From assembly GCA_030699545.1 (NCBI GenBank), contig JAUYMC010000029.1, forward strand, positions 1 through 42,190: 42,190 bases of DNA, given 5' to 3'. The number at the start of each line of letters is the position of its first letter. Position 1 is the first letter of the stretch. Under the pieces are notes generated by a model. It saw only the letters and a list, made by a program, of their open reading frames with translations, ran no database searches and was not told where the DNA came from. Shown in pieces: positions 30,538 to 38,736 of this stretch. This DNA is from Gemmatimonadales bacterium (GTDB lineage: Bacteria; Gemmatimonadota; Gemmatimonadetes; Gemmatimonadales; GWC2-71-9). The translations under genes were made by a program, and so were the position numbers.

Positions 30538-31998
30538 TCAGTGCTCCGACCGTTCTCCAAACGCGGCCTCGAGAAGCACAGCGAGCACTCCCTCGGCCGT
30601 CCGTAAAACGATGCGCTGCGCTTCTGGGTTTAACGATCGGCCCAAGCCATGCGTGTCTCCGTGTAGAATCTGTATGAGCTCGACGGTCCGCCCGACGTCA
30701 GCGTCCACGAATTCCTCGTAGGCGGTCCCTTTAAGATGGCGGAAGATATATCGAACTCGGAGTGCACGACTCGGACGACCATTGGGGAAGTCCTCGGGCC
30801 GCGATTCCTTCCACTCCCTGAGTGCTCGATCGGGGGCGAGCTCGTGGAGAACGTGAGTGAGGAGCTCGCGCAACGAAGTGGCCATGTGGCGCGTCGAATC
30901 GGGACCGCCCGATACGATCGCATGCGCGGCGCCCCGATAAGTCGTGACAAGTTCCGGATTCACCCGTTCAAGAAGGGGCTCAACGCGCAGCGCGGCGAGC
31001 TCGAGTCTTTCGATCGCCGCTGTGGGTTCGTTCTCTACCGGCGAGCCGGCGACCGCTGCGGCCGCGCGCGACGCGGAAAAAACCTCAATGCCAGGTGCCT
31101 CTTGGAGCCACGGGACCACCGGCGGGGTAGCCTGCCTTTCCCAATCAACCCAGACGGCGTGCGAGGCACGAGCAAGCGACGCTAAGCCCTGTGAAAGTGC
31201 CTCCGCTGCCGCTCCAGTCTGTCCCCGAATACCGGCCAGCACATTGAGCTGGGCTTCGTGAACCGCGGCTGCGCGAAAACCATCAGTGATGGCTGCTAAG
31301 GCCGATGGAAGGCTCGTCAGCCGCGCGTTCGCCGCTGCCGCAGAAGCCATGTCGGCCAGGAGGTTGGTGTGCCGCTCGGTGGCCAGCAGGAGGGTTTGGT
31401 GCGGTAAGACCGACTCCTGCAGTCGGGCGGCCGCATCCATCATCCGGATCGGCCCGGTTATCGACTTACGCATCTCCTCGCTCGCCTCGAGCAGGCGGAC
31501 GGGTCCGAGCATCGACGTCCGCCATTTTGCCTGACTTTGGATGAACGAGTCCATGACCCGCATGAACAAGGGCGGCTGGAGTGCCGCCATCATTCGGCGA
31601 GCACCGCGTTCCGCGATCTCAAAACCGGACGACAGCGACTTTCGGACGGACTCCCGCGCGTCCTCGAGATGTCGGTCCACCGCCTCGACAAAAGCTTCCG
31701 GGAGTTGCTTCCCCTCAATCGGACACTTCAATCCGAGGCGATGCCCCGCCCACGCGACCGCGAGCGCATCGCGGTCCTCAGCCGGCCATGACCGGAATTC
31801 CTCAAGACTCGGTGTCGGCAACAGCAGGTGATCGTGAAGTGCGCGCAGGACGAGCTCGACCGTCGCGCCGTGTTCTTTGCGAAGATCCTCCAGTGCAAAC
31901 GTGGACTTGTAGCTCACCCAACGGAGCGACACGACGCCATGAATTGGCGTCTGCACCTCGATAGGATCCGGCGTTCGCGCGACAAAGGCCACAGGCAA
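30538..31998 (-). CDS. Protein with a long helical N-terminus and a C-terminal pPIWI-associated nuclease-like (pP_pnuc_1/HEPN-like) domain
   Basis: C-terminus YRGAAHAI..GGPDSTRHMATSLRELLTHVLHELAPD...GRPSRALRVRYI...FVDADV...GDTHG resembles this family as I recall it. Start uncertain. Confidence 0.65.
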   Translation of the reverse strand: MPVAFVARTPDPIEVQTPIHGVVSLRWVSYKSTFALEDLRKEHGATVELVLRALHDHLLLPTPSLEEFRSWPAEDRDALAVAWAGHRLGLKCPIEGKQLPEAFVEAVDRHLEDARESVRKSLSSGFEIAERGARRMMAALQPPLFMRVMDSFIQSQAKWRTSMLGPVRLLEASEEMRKSITGPIRMMDAAARLQESVLPHQTLLLATERHTNLLADMASAAAANARLTSLPSALAAITDGFRAAAVHEAQLNVLAGIRGQTGAAAEALSQGLASLARASHAVWVDWERQATPPVVPWLQEAPGIEVFSASRAAAAVAGSPVENEPTAAIERLELAALRVEPLLERVNPELVTTYRGAAHAIVSGGPDSTRHMATSLRELLTHVLHELAPDRALREWKESRPEDFPNGRPSRALRVRYIFRHLKGTAYEEFVDADVGRTVELIQILHGDTHGLGRSLNPEAQRIVLRTAEGVLAVLLEAAFGERSEH

Positions 31999-32178
31999 CT
32001 CGCGGAGATGGACAACGACCCGACGAAACTACGTAACGTTGGATACTGTTCAGAGCCAACCTCTCCCTCGCGTCGACGCGATTCGAGCTGCATGCGGGCG
32101 AGGCAACGAAAGCGCAGGATCTGTTCCGGGCGCTGACGCCGGCGAACAGGGCGCCGCTGGTTTCCTTCCTTGAAACTC

Positions 32179-32285
32179 TGTTAGGCGTCTAACAAAGACG
32201 TCTAACAAAGGCGTCGAACGAAGGCGTTAACTGCTTGGCGGCGGGTGCGCGTAGAGCCGCTGGATAAGCTTCAACACAAAGACGC
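32179..32285 (-). repeat. 13-bp tandem repeats with GTTAGAC cores and a degenerate attC-like hairpin
   Basis: gcgtctaacaaag / acgtctaacaaag / gcgtcgaacgaag (32185-32223); palindrome TGTTAG-GCGT-CTAACA; imperfect stem GTTGAAGCTT...GCGGC/GCCGC...AAGCAGTTAAC on the minus strand. Confidence 0.5.
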
Positions 32286-32410
32286 ATCGGCCCTTCAGTA
32301 TGCTGATGAACCGCCCCTGTTCCACGAGACGGAGTTGCCCAAGAGGTTTCGTGCGCAGAGCCGCGGGCGCCGCCGATCCGCGCCGTTCGCGCCCCGCGTC
32401 GCACGCGCGA

Positions 32411-33185
32411 GGGGACAATAGGGGGACAGCTACTTGTCGCGCAGCGCCGGGTCGATCGCCTCCGTCAGCCGCGCCACACAGGCCCGCAGATCCGCGAGCT
32501 CGGCGGCCGCGTTCGCCTGATCGGCGGGCGTCCGCTTGGCGACGTCGGTCTCGACGTGTGACGCCGTCATGACCCGGTAGTACAGGCCGTACGCCTCCCG
32601 GATCGACCGCGCCACGCGCGGCGAGGCGTGCGGCGCGGACGTGACCGCACGCTGCAGTCTCTCCTCGACCTCGTCAGTCGCCTCGCCCAGGTACAGCCCC
32701 TGCAACGACGGCAGGCCCCCGCCGCGAGCCACCCCCTCAAGCGAGGACACCCACACGCGCACAACCCGACGGACGGCATAGGCGTCGACGCTGACCGCCG
32801 TGTCGACGCTCGCGCGCTCGCGGAACCGTTCGAGGATAGGCAAGAACAGCGCGACGACCGCCGCCACGCCCACGATGATCGTGGCCCACTCGGCCACGGT
32901 GCCCACGAGCCCGCGCCCCGACTGGACGACCCACACCGTGTCCACGACGCGGATCGTGTCCACGACGCGGACGGTGTCAGGGACGGTCGCGACCGCTTGC
33001 GTCAGCATGGCGCCGGGAAGCTACGCCGACTCGCGTCAGGCCGCACGGCCGGCGAGCCCCGCCCCCCGGCGCGTGGGGCTGCTGCCGAGCCGGCCGGCGG
33101 AACCCGGGAGGTTTCTACAGTCTCCCGGCATCGGAGAGTGCAGACTCCAGCGGCCTTCTCTGAGCCCTGTCCCCCCGCTGTCCCC
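32411..33185. repeat. Inverted repeat pair GGGGACA-N3-GGGGGACAG flanking one gene
   Basis: GGGGACAATAGGGGGACAG (32411-32429) and CTGTCCCCCCGCTGTCCCC (33167-33185) are 16/19 complementary. Confidence 0.6.
32430..33008 (-). CDS. Hypothetical single-transmembrane protein
   Basis: 192-aa ORF with PDTVRVVDTIRVVDTV repeats and a TM helix (WATIIVGVAAVVALFLPIL). A -10-like TAGCTT lies 9 nt before the ATG. Confidence 0.65.
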   Translation of the reverse strand: MLTQAVATVPDTVRVVDTIRVVDTVWVVQSGRGLVGTVAEWATIIVGVAAVVALFLPILERFRERASVDTAVSVDAYAVRRVVRVWVSSLEGVARGGGLPSLQGLYLGEATDEVEERLQRAVTSAPHASPRVARSIREAYGLYYRVMTASHVETDVAKRTPADQANAAAELADLRACVARLTEAIDPALRDK

Positions 33186-33433
33186 CTGCCCTACCCCTCG
33201 ACGCGCGCCCTCGAGCTCGAAGCCGCGTCGGCGCGAGGTACACACGCGGTAATCGCCCCCGCCGGTGTCGCCCACGGCACGCGCGCGAGAGGTCCCGGCG
33301 AGACGTGGGGCCGGCATCGCCGGCGCGTGAAATCGCGAAAGGGGAAAAGCAACCGTGGGGCCCCCAGGCACCGAGCGCGTCGGGTTTCGTCGTGTATGTT
33401 CAGTTGGACCAATGCCTGTCCTGAGGTGGACCT

Positions 33434-33847
33434 GTGCAACTCAAGTACGCGCATCTCACCGATTTTGCGACCGTCGGCAACAACGGGAAGCTGATTCTAG
33501 TCGGGATATTCTCCAACATCTTCGACGCGCTCAAGGTGAAGCCCATTCCGTTCCCACAGTTCCACCTTGTCGCCGTGTTCGAGGCTCATGTAACAGAGGG
33601 CACCGAGCACAAGCTGACGGTGCGCTTCGTCGATGGCGACGGCCGGCCGGTGATACCGGAGTTCCACGGGCCAATCAAGTTCAAGCCCACGCGGAAGGGC
33701 CGACCGATGGAGGGGAACGTGTTGATTGGGTTCGGGCCGGGAACCGTGAAGGTCCCCGAGCACGGAGACTACGAGTTCCGCTTCCAGATCGACGACCATG
33801 ATGCGGGGGGTGTGATCGTGGCCGTGACGCCCCCCGTTTCTGGATGA
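33434..33847 (+). CDS. DUF6941-like beta-sandwich protein
   Basis: YAHLTDFATVGNNGKLILVGIFSNI...FHLVAVF...VPEHGDYEFRFQID. GAGGTG Shine-Dalgarno; ATGA-coupled to hicA. Confidence 0.65.
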   Translation: MQLKYAHLTDFATVGNNGKLILVGIFSNIFDALKVKPIPFPQFHLVAVFEAHVTEGTEHKLTVRFVDGDGRPVIPEFHGPIKFKPTRKGRPMEGNVLIGFGPGTVKVPEHGDYEFRFQIDDHDAGGVIVAVTPPVSG

Positions 33848-34146
33848 GTCGGTGGCGAAAGTTCTGGATGAGCAAATGGCGTAAGTTATTGGTGCGTATG
33901 CTTCAAGACCGCGACCCGCGGAACTATAGCTATGCGGATGCGGTACGAGTATTACGAGGTCTCGATTTCGCTCTTGCGCCTCACGGCGCCGGAAGCCACC
34001 GTTGCTGGCGCGCGGTCGCACCGTCGGGAACCGTGGTGGTCATTGGCCTCGTTGATGGAGGTCACGGATCACTGAAGCCGTACTTGATTCGCGACATGAT
34101 TGGCCAGCTACGGACGAACGCGATGATACCCGCCGACCTGGAGTAG
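33844..34146 (+). CDS. hicA: HicA-family toxin
   Basis: YADAVRVLRGLDF...GAGSHRCW...LKPYLIRDM (GSH motif), upstream of a HicB-like gene. Confidence 0.75.
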   Translation: MSRWRKFWMSKWRKLLVRMLQDRDPRNYSYADAVRVLRGLDFALAPHGAGSHRCWRAVAPSGTVVVIGLVDGGHGSLKPYLIRDMIGQLRTNAMIPADLE

Positions 34147-34148
34147 AT

Positions 34149-34535
34149 ATGCCGTGGACTGACGCGCAGAAACTCAACTACCTCATAAAATTACCCTGGA
34201 CGATCGTCCCCGACAGGACACCCGAGGGGGAGCGCCTCTTACGGGTGGCCGAACTCCCCGCCGTCGTGGCGTGCGGCGATACCAACGAGGCCCTCGAAGC
34301 TGATTTTTGGGCCGCGCTCGAGGCGGCGCTTCGCAGCTACCTCCACTTTGGAGATCCCCTCCCGCTCCCCGCGCAGCGGCCGGCTCTGCCCTGGGAAACC
34401 GCTGAAGACGTGCCGACGAAGTTTGCCGTGCGCATGGTGCACGGCCGGCAACAGAACGTGACGGACGCGGATACCCGCTCGGATGGCGAGTGGAAGGAAA
34501 TGCTGCGGCCGGAGCCGGATCTCGTCGAAGCGTAG
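34149..34535 (+). CDS. hicB: HicB-family antitoxin
   Basis: YLIKLPWTI...LRVAELPAVVACGDTNEAL...YLHFGDPLPLP (HicB fold), followed by an atypical tail. Confidence 0.75.
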   Translation: MPWTDAQKLNYLIKLPWTIVPDRTPEGERLLRVAELPAVVACGDTNEALEADFWAALEAALRSYLHFGDPLPLPAQRPALPWETAEDVPTKFAVRMVHGRQQNVTDADTRSDGEWKEMLRPEPDLVEA

Positions 34536-34612
34536 CGCCAACCCCCGTCCCAAAAAGGGTGCCTGCACTGGTGAGGTGGGTCCGCCGGGCGGTCAAACCC
34601 CGCGCGGGCGTG

Positions 34613-35299
34613 TCAGCCGCCTACCGAACCACGGGTCACTGAGGGTTTGATCGTCAGCTTCAGAGGCCGCTGGTGCTCCGGGTCGGCCGAAATAACAACC
34701 CGGTCCAGCGGAAAGCTCACGAGGCGCCCGCTCCCCAAATAGCGGACCTCAACGGAGTGGGCCGAGCAGCTCTCGATTCGGCAGTCCTCCGAGCCTCCAA
34801 TGGTAATCCCCATGTTGGTCGCCACCCGCCGATAGATCACTGTCACCGTCTTGCCTTTGTGTCGGAGGATCGCGCCTGCCTTCGTGTTCCGGCTGGCGAT
34901 GAGATCCACGTAGATGGCAGGTGAAGCCTTTACCGTCTTGGGGCCGTCGCGCACATACGCCGGCCCGGCGAAGTGCGGGCGCTCCGTACTCGCGGTTACA
35001 ATCACGGCGACGATGTCGCGACCGTCTGAGGTGAGCGTGACGCACTCGAACGTGATGGGCGGATAGCACTCGTTCGCCCACGTCGCAACCTTCTCCCCAA
35101 CTGCCGTCGCGTTGTTAAGGCCGACGGCTGTGCCGTCCTGCCTGGCTCCGAGGAATAAGACACCCGGGCGTTCAGGGGTCGCGGAGTTAGCCAACGCGAC
35201 CAGCGCGCGCCTGACGTCTGATTCGTGGGGGGTGGTCTTGATCTCTGTGAGCGTGTCCTCCCCGGCACGGAGCCGAGCAAAGAGATGCTCCGGTGTCAC
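34613..35299 (-). CDS. Schlafen/AlbA_2 domain protein with a small C-terminal beta domain
   Basis: GEDTLTEIK...ALVALANS...GVLFLGARQDGTAVGL...RPHF..AYVRDG. Probable GTG start at 35299. Confidence 0.82.
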   Translation of the reverse strand: MTPEHLFARLRAGEDTLTEIKTTPHESDVRRALVALANSATPERPGVLFLGARQDGTAVGLNNATAVGEKVATWANECYPPITFECVTLTSDGRDIVAVIVTASTERPHFAGPAYVRDGPKTVKASPAIYVDLIASRNTKAGAILRHKGKTVTVIYRRVATNMGITIGGSEDCRIESCSAHSVEVRYLGSGRLVSFPLDRVVISADPEHQRPLKLTIKPSVTRGSVGG

Positions 35300-35340
35300 G
35301 GTCCCGAAGCGGAGAAGGCGGTGCAATCGACGAAGGTCAT

Positions 35341-35389
35341 CATGCGCGTGAAAGTGCCCTGCGCCGTTTCGCTGTCAACCCGGACAACC
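35341..35389 (-). promoter_or_regulatory. Duplicated promoter module, copy A
   Basis: Minus strand GGTTGTCCGGG-TTGACA-N16-CACTTT-N7-ATG; 38/49 identical to 37692-37740 without gaps. Confidence 0.6.
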
Positions 35390-35477
35390 TGCGACCGCGA
35401 GAAGCTGCGTCTAACGACCGCCAGAAAACAACGAGCTGCCCGACGAGCACCACGAGCGTGAGAACGCCGATCAATCA

Positions 35478-36842
35478 TCACGGTTTCCGTTCCCGCTGTT
35501 CGGTCTCGGCCCGGGCGCGGTGCTGCTCGACAAGGCGCCGCGCGACGTGCAGCAGATCGCGGCCGCGTTCGGCGAACTCTGCCACCTCCTCCTCGCTGGC
35601 CATCCTCGAGTCTGGAAGCGTCATTGTCATGGCCTCGGGATCCAGATCGAACCTTAGGTTGTGCCACCGTGGGGAGGGGTGCCCGGCGTCGGATAGCGCC
35701 GACCAGAGCCCGCGGAGAACGGCGACCAGTTCAGCGGGGGCTCCATGCGCTTCGAGGTGGTTGATCATCGCGGTCCGGCTCATATTCGACCAGTGCCAAA
35801 AGCGAGGTTTCGTGGCCTTCGCGTCGGCGTACACGCGGCGCACGAGACCGGCATCGCCGCCCATCCGCGCGACCGCCCGCGCCGTCGCCTCAATGACCTC
35901 GTCTGCCGTTTCGGCCCCGCGCAATTCAGCCTCGCCGTTCGGATCGGCGCCGGCGACGACCGCGGCCTGCTGCAACCCTCGCTCGCGATCGAGCAGGTTC
36001 CACGCCACAGTGCGCGCAGCGGCCTCCGCCGCATCAGGCGCGTACAGCAGATACATGAGATCGAGCGCCGTCTCGAACAGGAAGCGCGCAAGCGGCTCGG
36101 CACCGGCCGGGTGGCGTGCACGCGCTAGGATTTCCATAACTTCCGCCGTTGCGACAGCCCCGTGCAGGTAGCGGATCACCACCGAGTCTTGCAGGAAGCG
36201 CGGCCCGTAGACCCGCAGCGCAGCGCCATCGAACATGGCCCGGCACGCCTCAATTTCCGCAGCGAGGCCCGCGAGCGCGTTCGCCGACTGATCGAGTGAC
36301 ACCACGCCGGGGGCGCTGGCGGTCCGGTGTCGTCTGAGGATTCCAGCGCGGAGACGCTGGCCGACCGTCGGCCGCTCGGCTAACGACAGAGTCCAGCCGG
36401 TCGGAGTCTGGCGTGGCTCGCCGGCGGCTAGAAACTCGCTTGCATATGAACGGCCGCGCTGATCGCGGAACAGCACCCGCACCTCCCGAAACGGACCATA
36501 CGACGACGCGGCCCACACCATCGCCGCCTCGAAGTCGGCCGTGTAACTCTGTCCCGGCTTGACCTCGACGGGCAGCGGCGGCGCAGTCGCGAATCGCGTG
36601 GTGCTCATGGCGATTCTGCGCGTGTCGAGCGTCGCCTCGGCGAGGAAGATCGGCTCGCGGCCGCGGTTCGAAATCGTCGCGGCCAGGACGAAGGGTTGCG
36701 CGGCCGCCCCTGCCCGAGCGGTGTAGCCGAGGCCGACGCGGGCGCGGCCCGGCGCGCGTGTTAACGCGCGCACCGCAAGGATCGTCGCAAGGATGGCGCC
36801 CCATCCGGCGATCGCGGTCGTGACCCACCACGCGGCGTCCAC
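35478..36842 (-). CDS. N-terminal TM + Ig-like domain fused to a DUF5677-like (HEPN-related) domain
   Basis: TM WWVTTAIAGWGAILATILAV; TISNRGREPIFL...PVEVKPGQS beta-sandwich; C-terminal LARFLFETALDLMYL and LWSALSDAGHPS. Confidence 0.65.
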   Translation of the reverse strand: MDAAWWVTTAIAGWGAILATILAVRALTRAPGRARVGLGYTARAGAAAQPFVLAATISNRGREPIFLAEATLDTRRIAMSTTRFATAPPLPVEVKPGQSYTADFEAAMVWAASSYGPFREVRVLFRDQRGRSYASEFLAAGEPRQTPTGWTLSLAERPTVGQRLRAGILRRHRTASAPGVVSLDQSANALAGLAAEIEACRAMFDGAALRVYGPRFLQDSVVIRYLHGAVATAEVMEILARARHPAGAEPLARFLFETALDLMYLLYAPDAAEAAARTVAWNLLDRERGLQQAAVVAGADPNGEAELRGAETADEVIEATARAVARMGGDAGLVRRVYADAKATKPRFWHWSNMSRTAMINHLEAHGAPAELVAVLRGLWSALSDAGHPSPRWHNLRFDLDPEAMTMTLPDSRMASEEEVAEFAERGRDLLHVARRLVEQHRARAETEQRERKP

Positions 36843-36906
36843 GTTCAGTCTCTCTATGCGCGTGGTGTCCCGGGCGACCGAAGGTTTATGGCGCCCATCT
36901 TTCGAC

Positions 36907-37257
36907 TTAGCGGGCTCGCACCCGTGGCGCGGGGGCCGCGCCGCCCCTCAACTTCCTCTCCGCCGCTGGCGCCGCAGCGCGACGTCGGTCCACCGATGAT
37001 GGAGCCGCTCGCGGTTCGCCCTCGCGTCGGCGTCGCTTCGTGTCTCGGAAGTCGGCGATGATCTCGAGGACCTCGTTCTCCAGGAAGCCGAGCTGCTGCA
37101 CGAGGTGGTAGATGGTTGCCTCGGCTGCCGTTTTCTCCGCCTCCTGCGCCACGCGCAGCGCGTCCGCAACCGGCACTTGGCGCTGACCGTGCAGGCGGCG
37201 CTGCAGCTCTCGCACCAACTCGTCAAGATAGATGTCACCGGGCTCCTTCATGGACAC
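36907..37257 (-). CDS. Hypothetical helical protein
   Basis: Plausible ORF MSMKEPGDIYLDELVRELQ... with a GAGG Shine-Dalgarno, downstream of the DUF4177-like gene. Confidence 0.5.
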   Translation of the reverse strand: MSMKEPGDIYLDELVRELQRRLHGQRQVPVADALRVAQEAEKTAAEATIYHLVQQLGFLENEVLEIIADFRDTKRRRREGEPRAAPSSVDRRRAAAPAAERKLRGGAAPAPRVRAR

Positions 37258-37282
37258 CTCAGGAGCGAGGGTTAGGAGCGGC

Positions 37283-37543
37283 TCACTGCGGCGCGTCGAG
37301 CGGCCGCTTGAAGATGCTCTGACCGAAATAGCCGCCGAAGTCGGTCTGACCAGGTGGGACGTACGTCACGAGCTCCCAACCCGCACGACCGAGCGAGTCG
37401 ATGAGCGGCTTCGTCGTCTCGGCCCATTTCCCCCGCTGATCGGGCAGGAAGTGGTACTCCCACGCCGTCGGCGCCGCTGGCCGCGTCGCCGCTGCGGTCG
37501 CCAGGACGATCAAGGCCAGCAGCAGCGGAATGACGAGCTTCAT
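37283..37543 (-). CDS. Secreted DUF4177-like small protein
   Basis: AGGAGGAG Shine-Dalgarno, signal peptide MKLVIPLLLALIVLA, then WEY...LGRAGWELV...IFKRP. Confidence 0.7.
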   Translation of the reverse strand: MKLVIPLLLALIVLATAAATRPAAPTAWEYHFLPDQRGKWAETTKPLIDSLGRAGWELVTYVPPGQTDFGGYFGQSIFKRPLDAPQ

Positions 37544-37691
37544 CTCGGGCTCCTCCTGCATGGGGTCGTGTGGTGAAAGGAGCGAAACTGCGGGCCGCGC
37601 GTTCAGATCGTGGCGGCCTTGGTATCTGCGGCTCTATCTCGCCCGGGCGAGGCTGGGCGCTCATCGTCGCTGGCGCGTGTCGTCGCGTGGG

Positions 37692-37740
37692 CATGGACGT
37701 GAAGGTGCCGCGCGGCGCCGTGGTGTCAACCCGGACAACC
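37692..37740 (-). promoter_or_regulatory. Duplicated promoter module, copy B
   Basis: Minus strand GGTTGTCCGGG-TTGACA-N16-CACCTT-N7-ATG; 17-bp perfect identity with copy A. Confidence 0.6.
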
Positions 37741-37903
37741 ACGTTAGGCGGACGGTGCCCTGCCAGACTTGACCGCACACCGCGCTGCCCGCGCTGCAAC
37801 GGGCCGCTGACGTTCGGGACCGACAGGGGGGGTGCCCTCCAGCCTGGCGCGGGCGACGATCGCGCGCGGCAGCTTCGCGCCCGTCCCAACCAGATCTGTG
37901 TAA

Positions 37904-38389
37904 AGAGCCTGCTGGCGCCGCGTCTCGAGGCTCCCCGCCTGCCACGCAGCGTACCTCAACGCCCGTGCGCTGGCGGAGGACGCGGCGCTGCTGCTCCGGG
38001 GCAAACGGTACGCACGCGCCACCGCCCTCGCGGTCACCGGGCTCGAAGAGGCCGGCAAGGCACTCCTGCTGTGGTTCGTGGGCCTGGGTCAGACCCGGGA
38101 GACGCACCGCGAGGAGGTGCTGGAGGCCGTACGTTGGAACCACAGGCTGAAACAGGCGACCTCGCTCCCGCTCCGCGTGATCGGCCAGGTCATCCCGCTC
38201 GTGCGGCGCATCAGGTTCACGATGCCCAGGCGCGCCGAGCGGCCTCGGAACTGGGCCGACGCCGAGCGGTTGCTTCGTGAGATGTTGGGCGGGCTGGCGA
38301 CGGCCGTCGAACCGATGATCGACGAGGCGCTGAAGGCCGAGCCGATGGTCACTGAGGACGCCGTGCAGCGCGTCGAGGTAGGGACGTAG
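37904..38389 (+). pseudogene. AbiV-family (HEPN) abortive infection gene remnant
   Basis: Frame reads AYLNARALAEDAALLLRGKRYARATALAVTGLEEAGKA...NHRLKQ. There is an in-frame TAA at 37901 and no start before the motif, and the 3' end looks truncated. Confidence 0.65.
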
Positions 38390-38508
38390 TGCCGGATCCC
38401 AGGGAATACGACGACGACCTCGAGTTCGAGCGCGCCGAGCAGGCCGATGCCGAGGAGGGGCGGCGGGAGCTCGCGCCAGGCAGCGACGAGGACGAGGAGA
38501 CGTCGTGA
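38389..38508 (+). CDS. 39-aa highly acidic peptide
   Basis: GTG overlaps the AbiV-remnant stop; MPDPREYDDDLEFERAEQADAEEGRRELAPGSDEDEETS (17 D/E); its stop overlaps the next GTG. Confidence 0.4.
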   Translation: MPDPREYDDDLEFERAEQADAEEGRRELAPGSDEDEETS

Positions 38509-38687
38509 CCGGAAGGCGGCCGTTCGACGATCCGGAGCTCGCGAGGGAGGCGGCCCGAAAGGGGGGCCAGGCGAAGGCGGCGAAGCTCCGCGCCGCGCGA
38601 CTAGGTGCACCCGACGCGACGGCGCGCCGAGTAGCCGCTGCCCATCGTCACGGCCGTGCGCGGCGGCGAGGGCACCCCCCGTGGTGA
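38505..38687 (+). CDS. Small KGG-motif protein
   Basis: FDDPELAREAARKGGQAK resembles the KGG stress-induced repeat; GAGGAG Shine-Dalgarno. Confidence 0.5.
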   Translation: MTGRRPFDDPELAREAARKGGQAKAAKLRAARLGAPDATARRVAAAHRHGRARRRGHPPW

Positions 38688-38736
38688 TAGGTTTGGGGGT
38701 GCCCACGAGCATCCCATTCGCTCTTCGGAGGTCCGA

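Noticed and set aside
30187-30560. Short ORFs between the MmeI-like and nuclease-like genes
   Set aside because: No convincing start, motif or structure.
32185-32231. CRISPR array
   Set aside because: The units are 13 bp and contiguous with no spacers, and there are no cas genes. I saw no CRISPR array elsewhere in the window.
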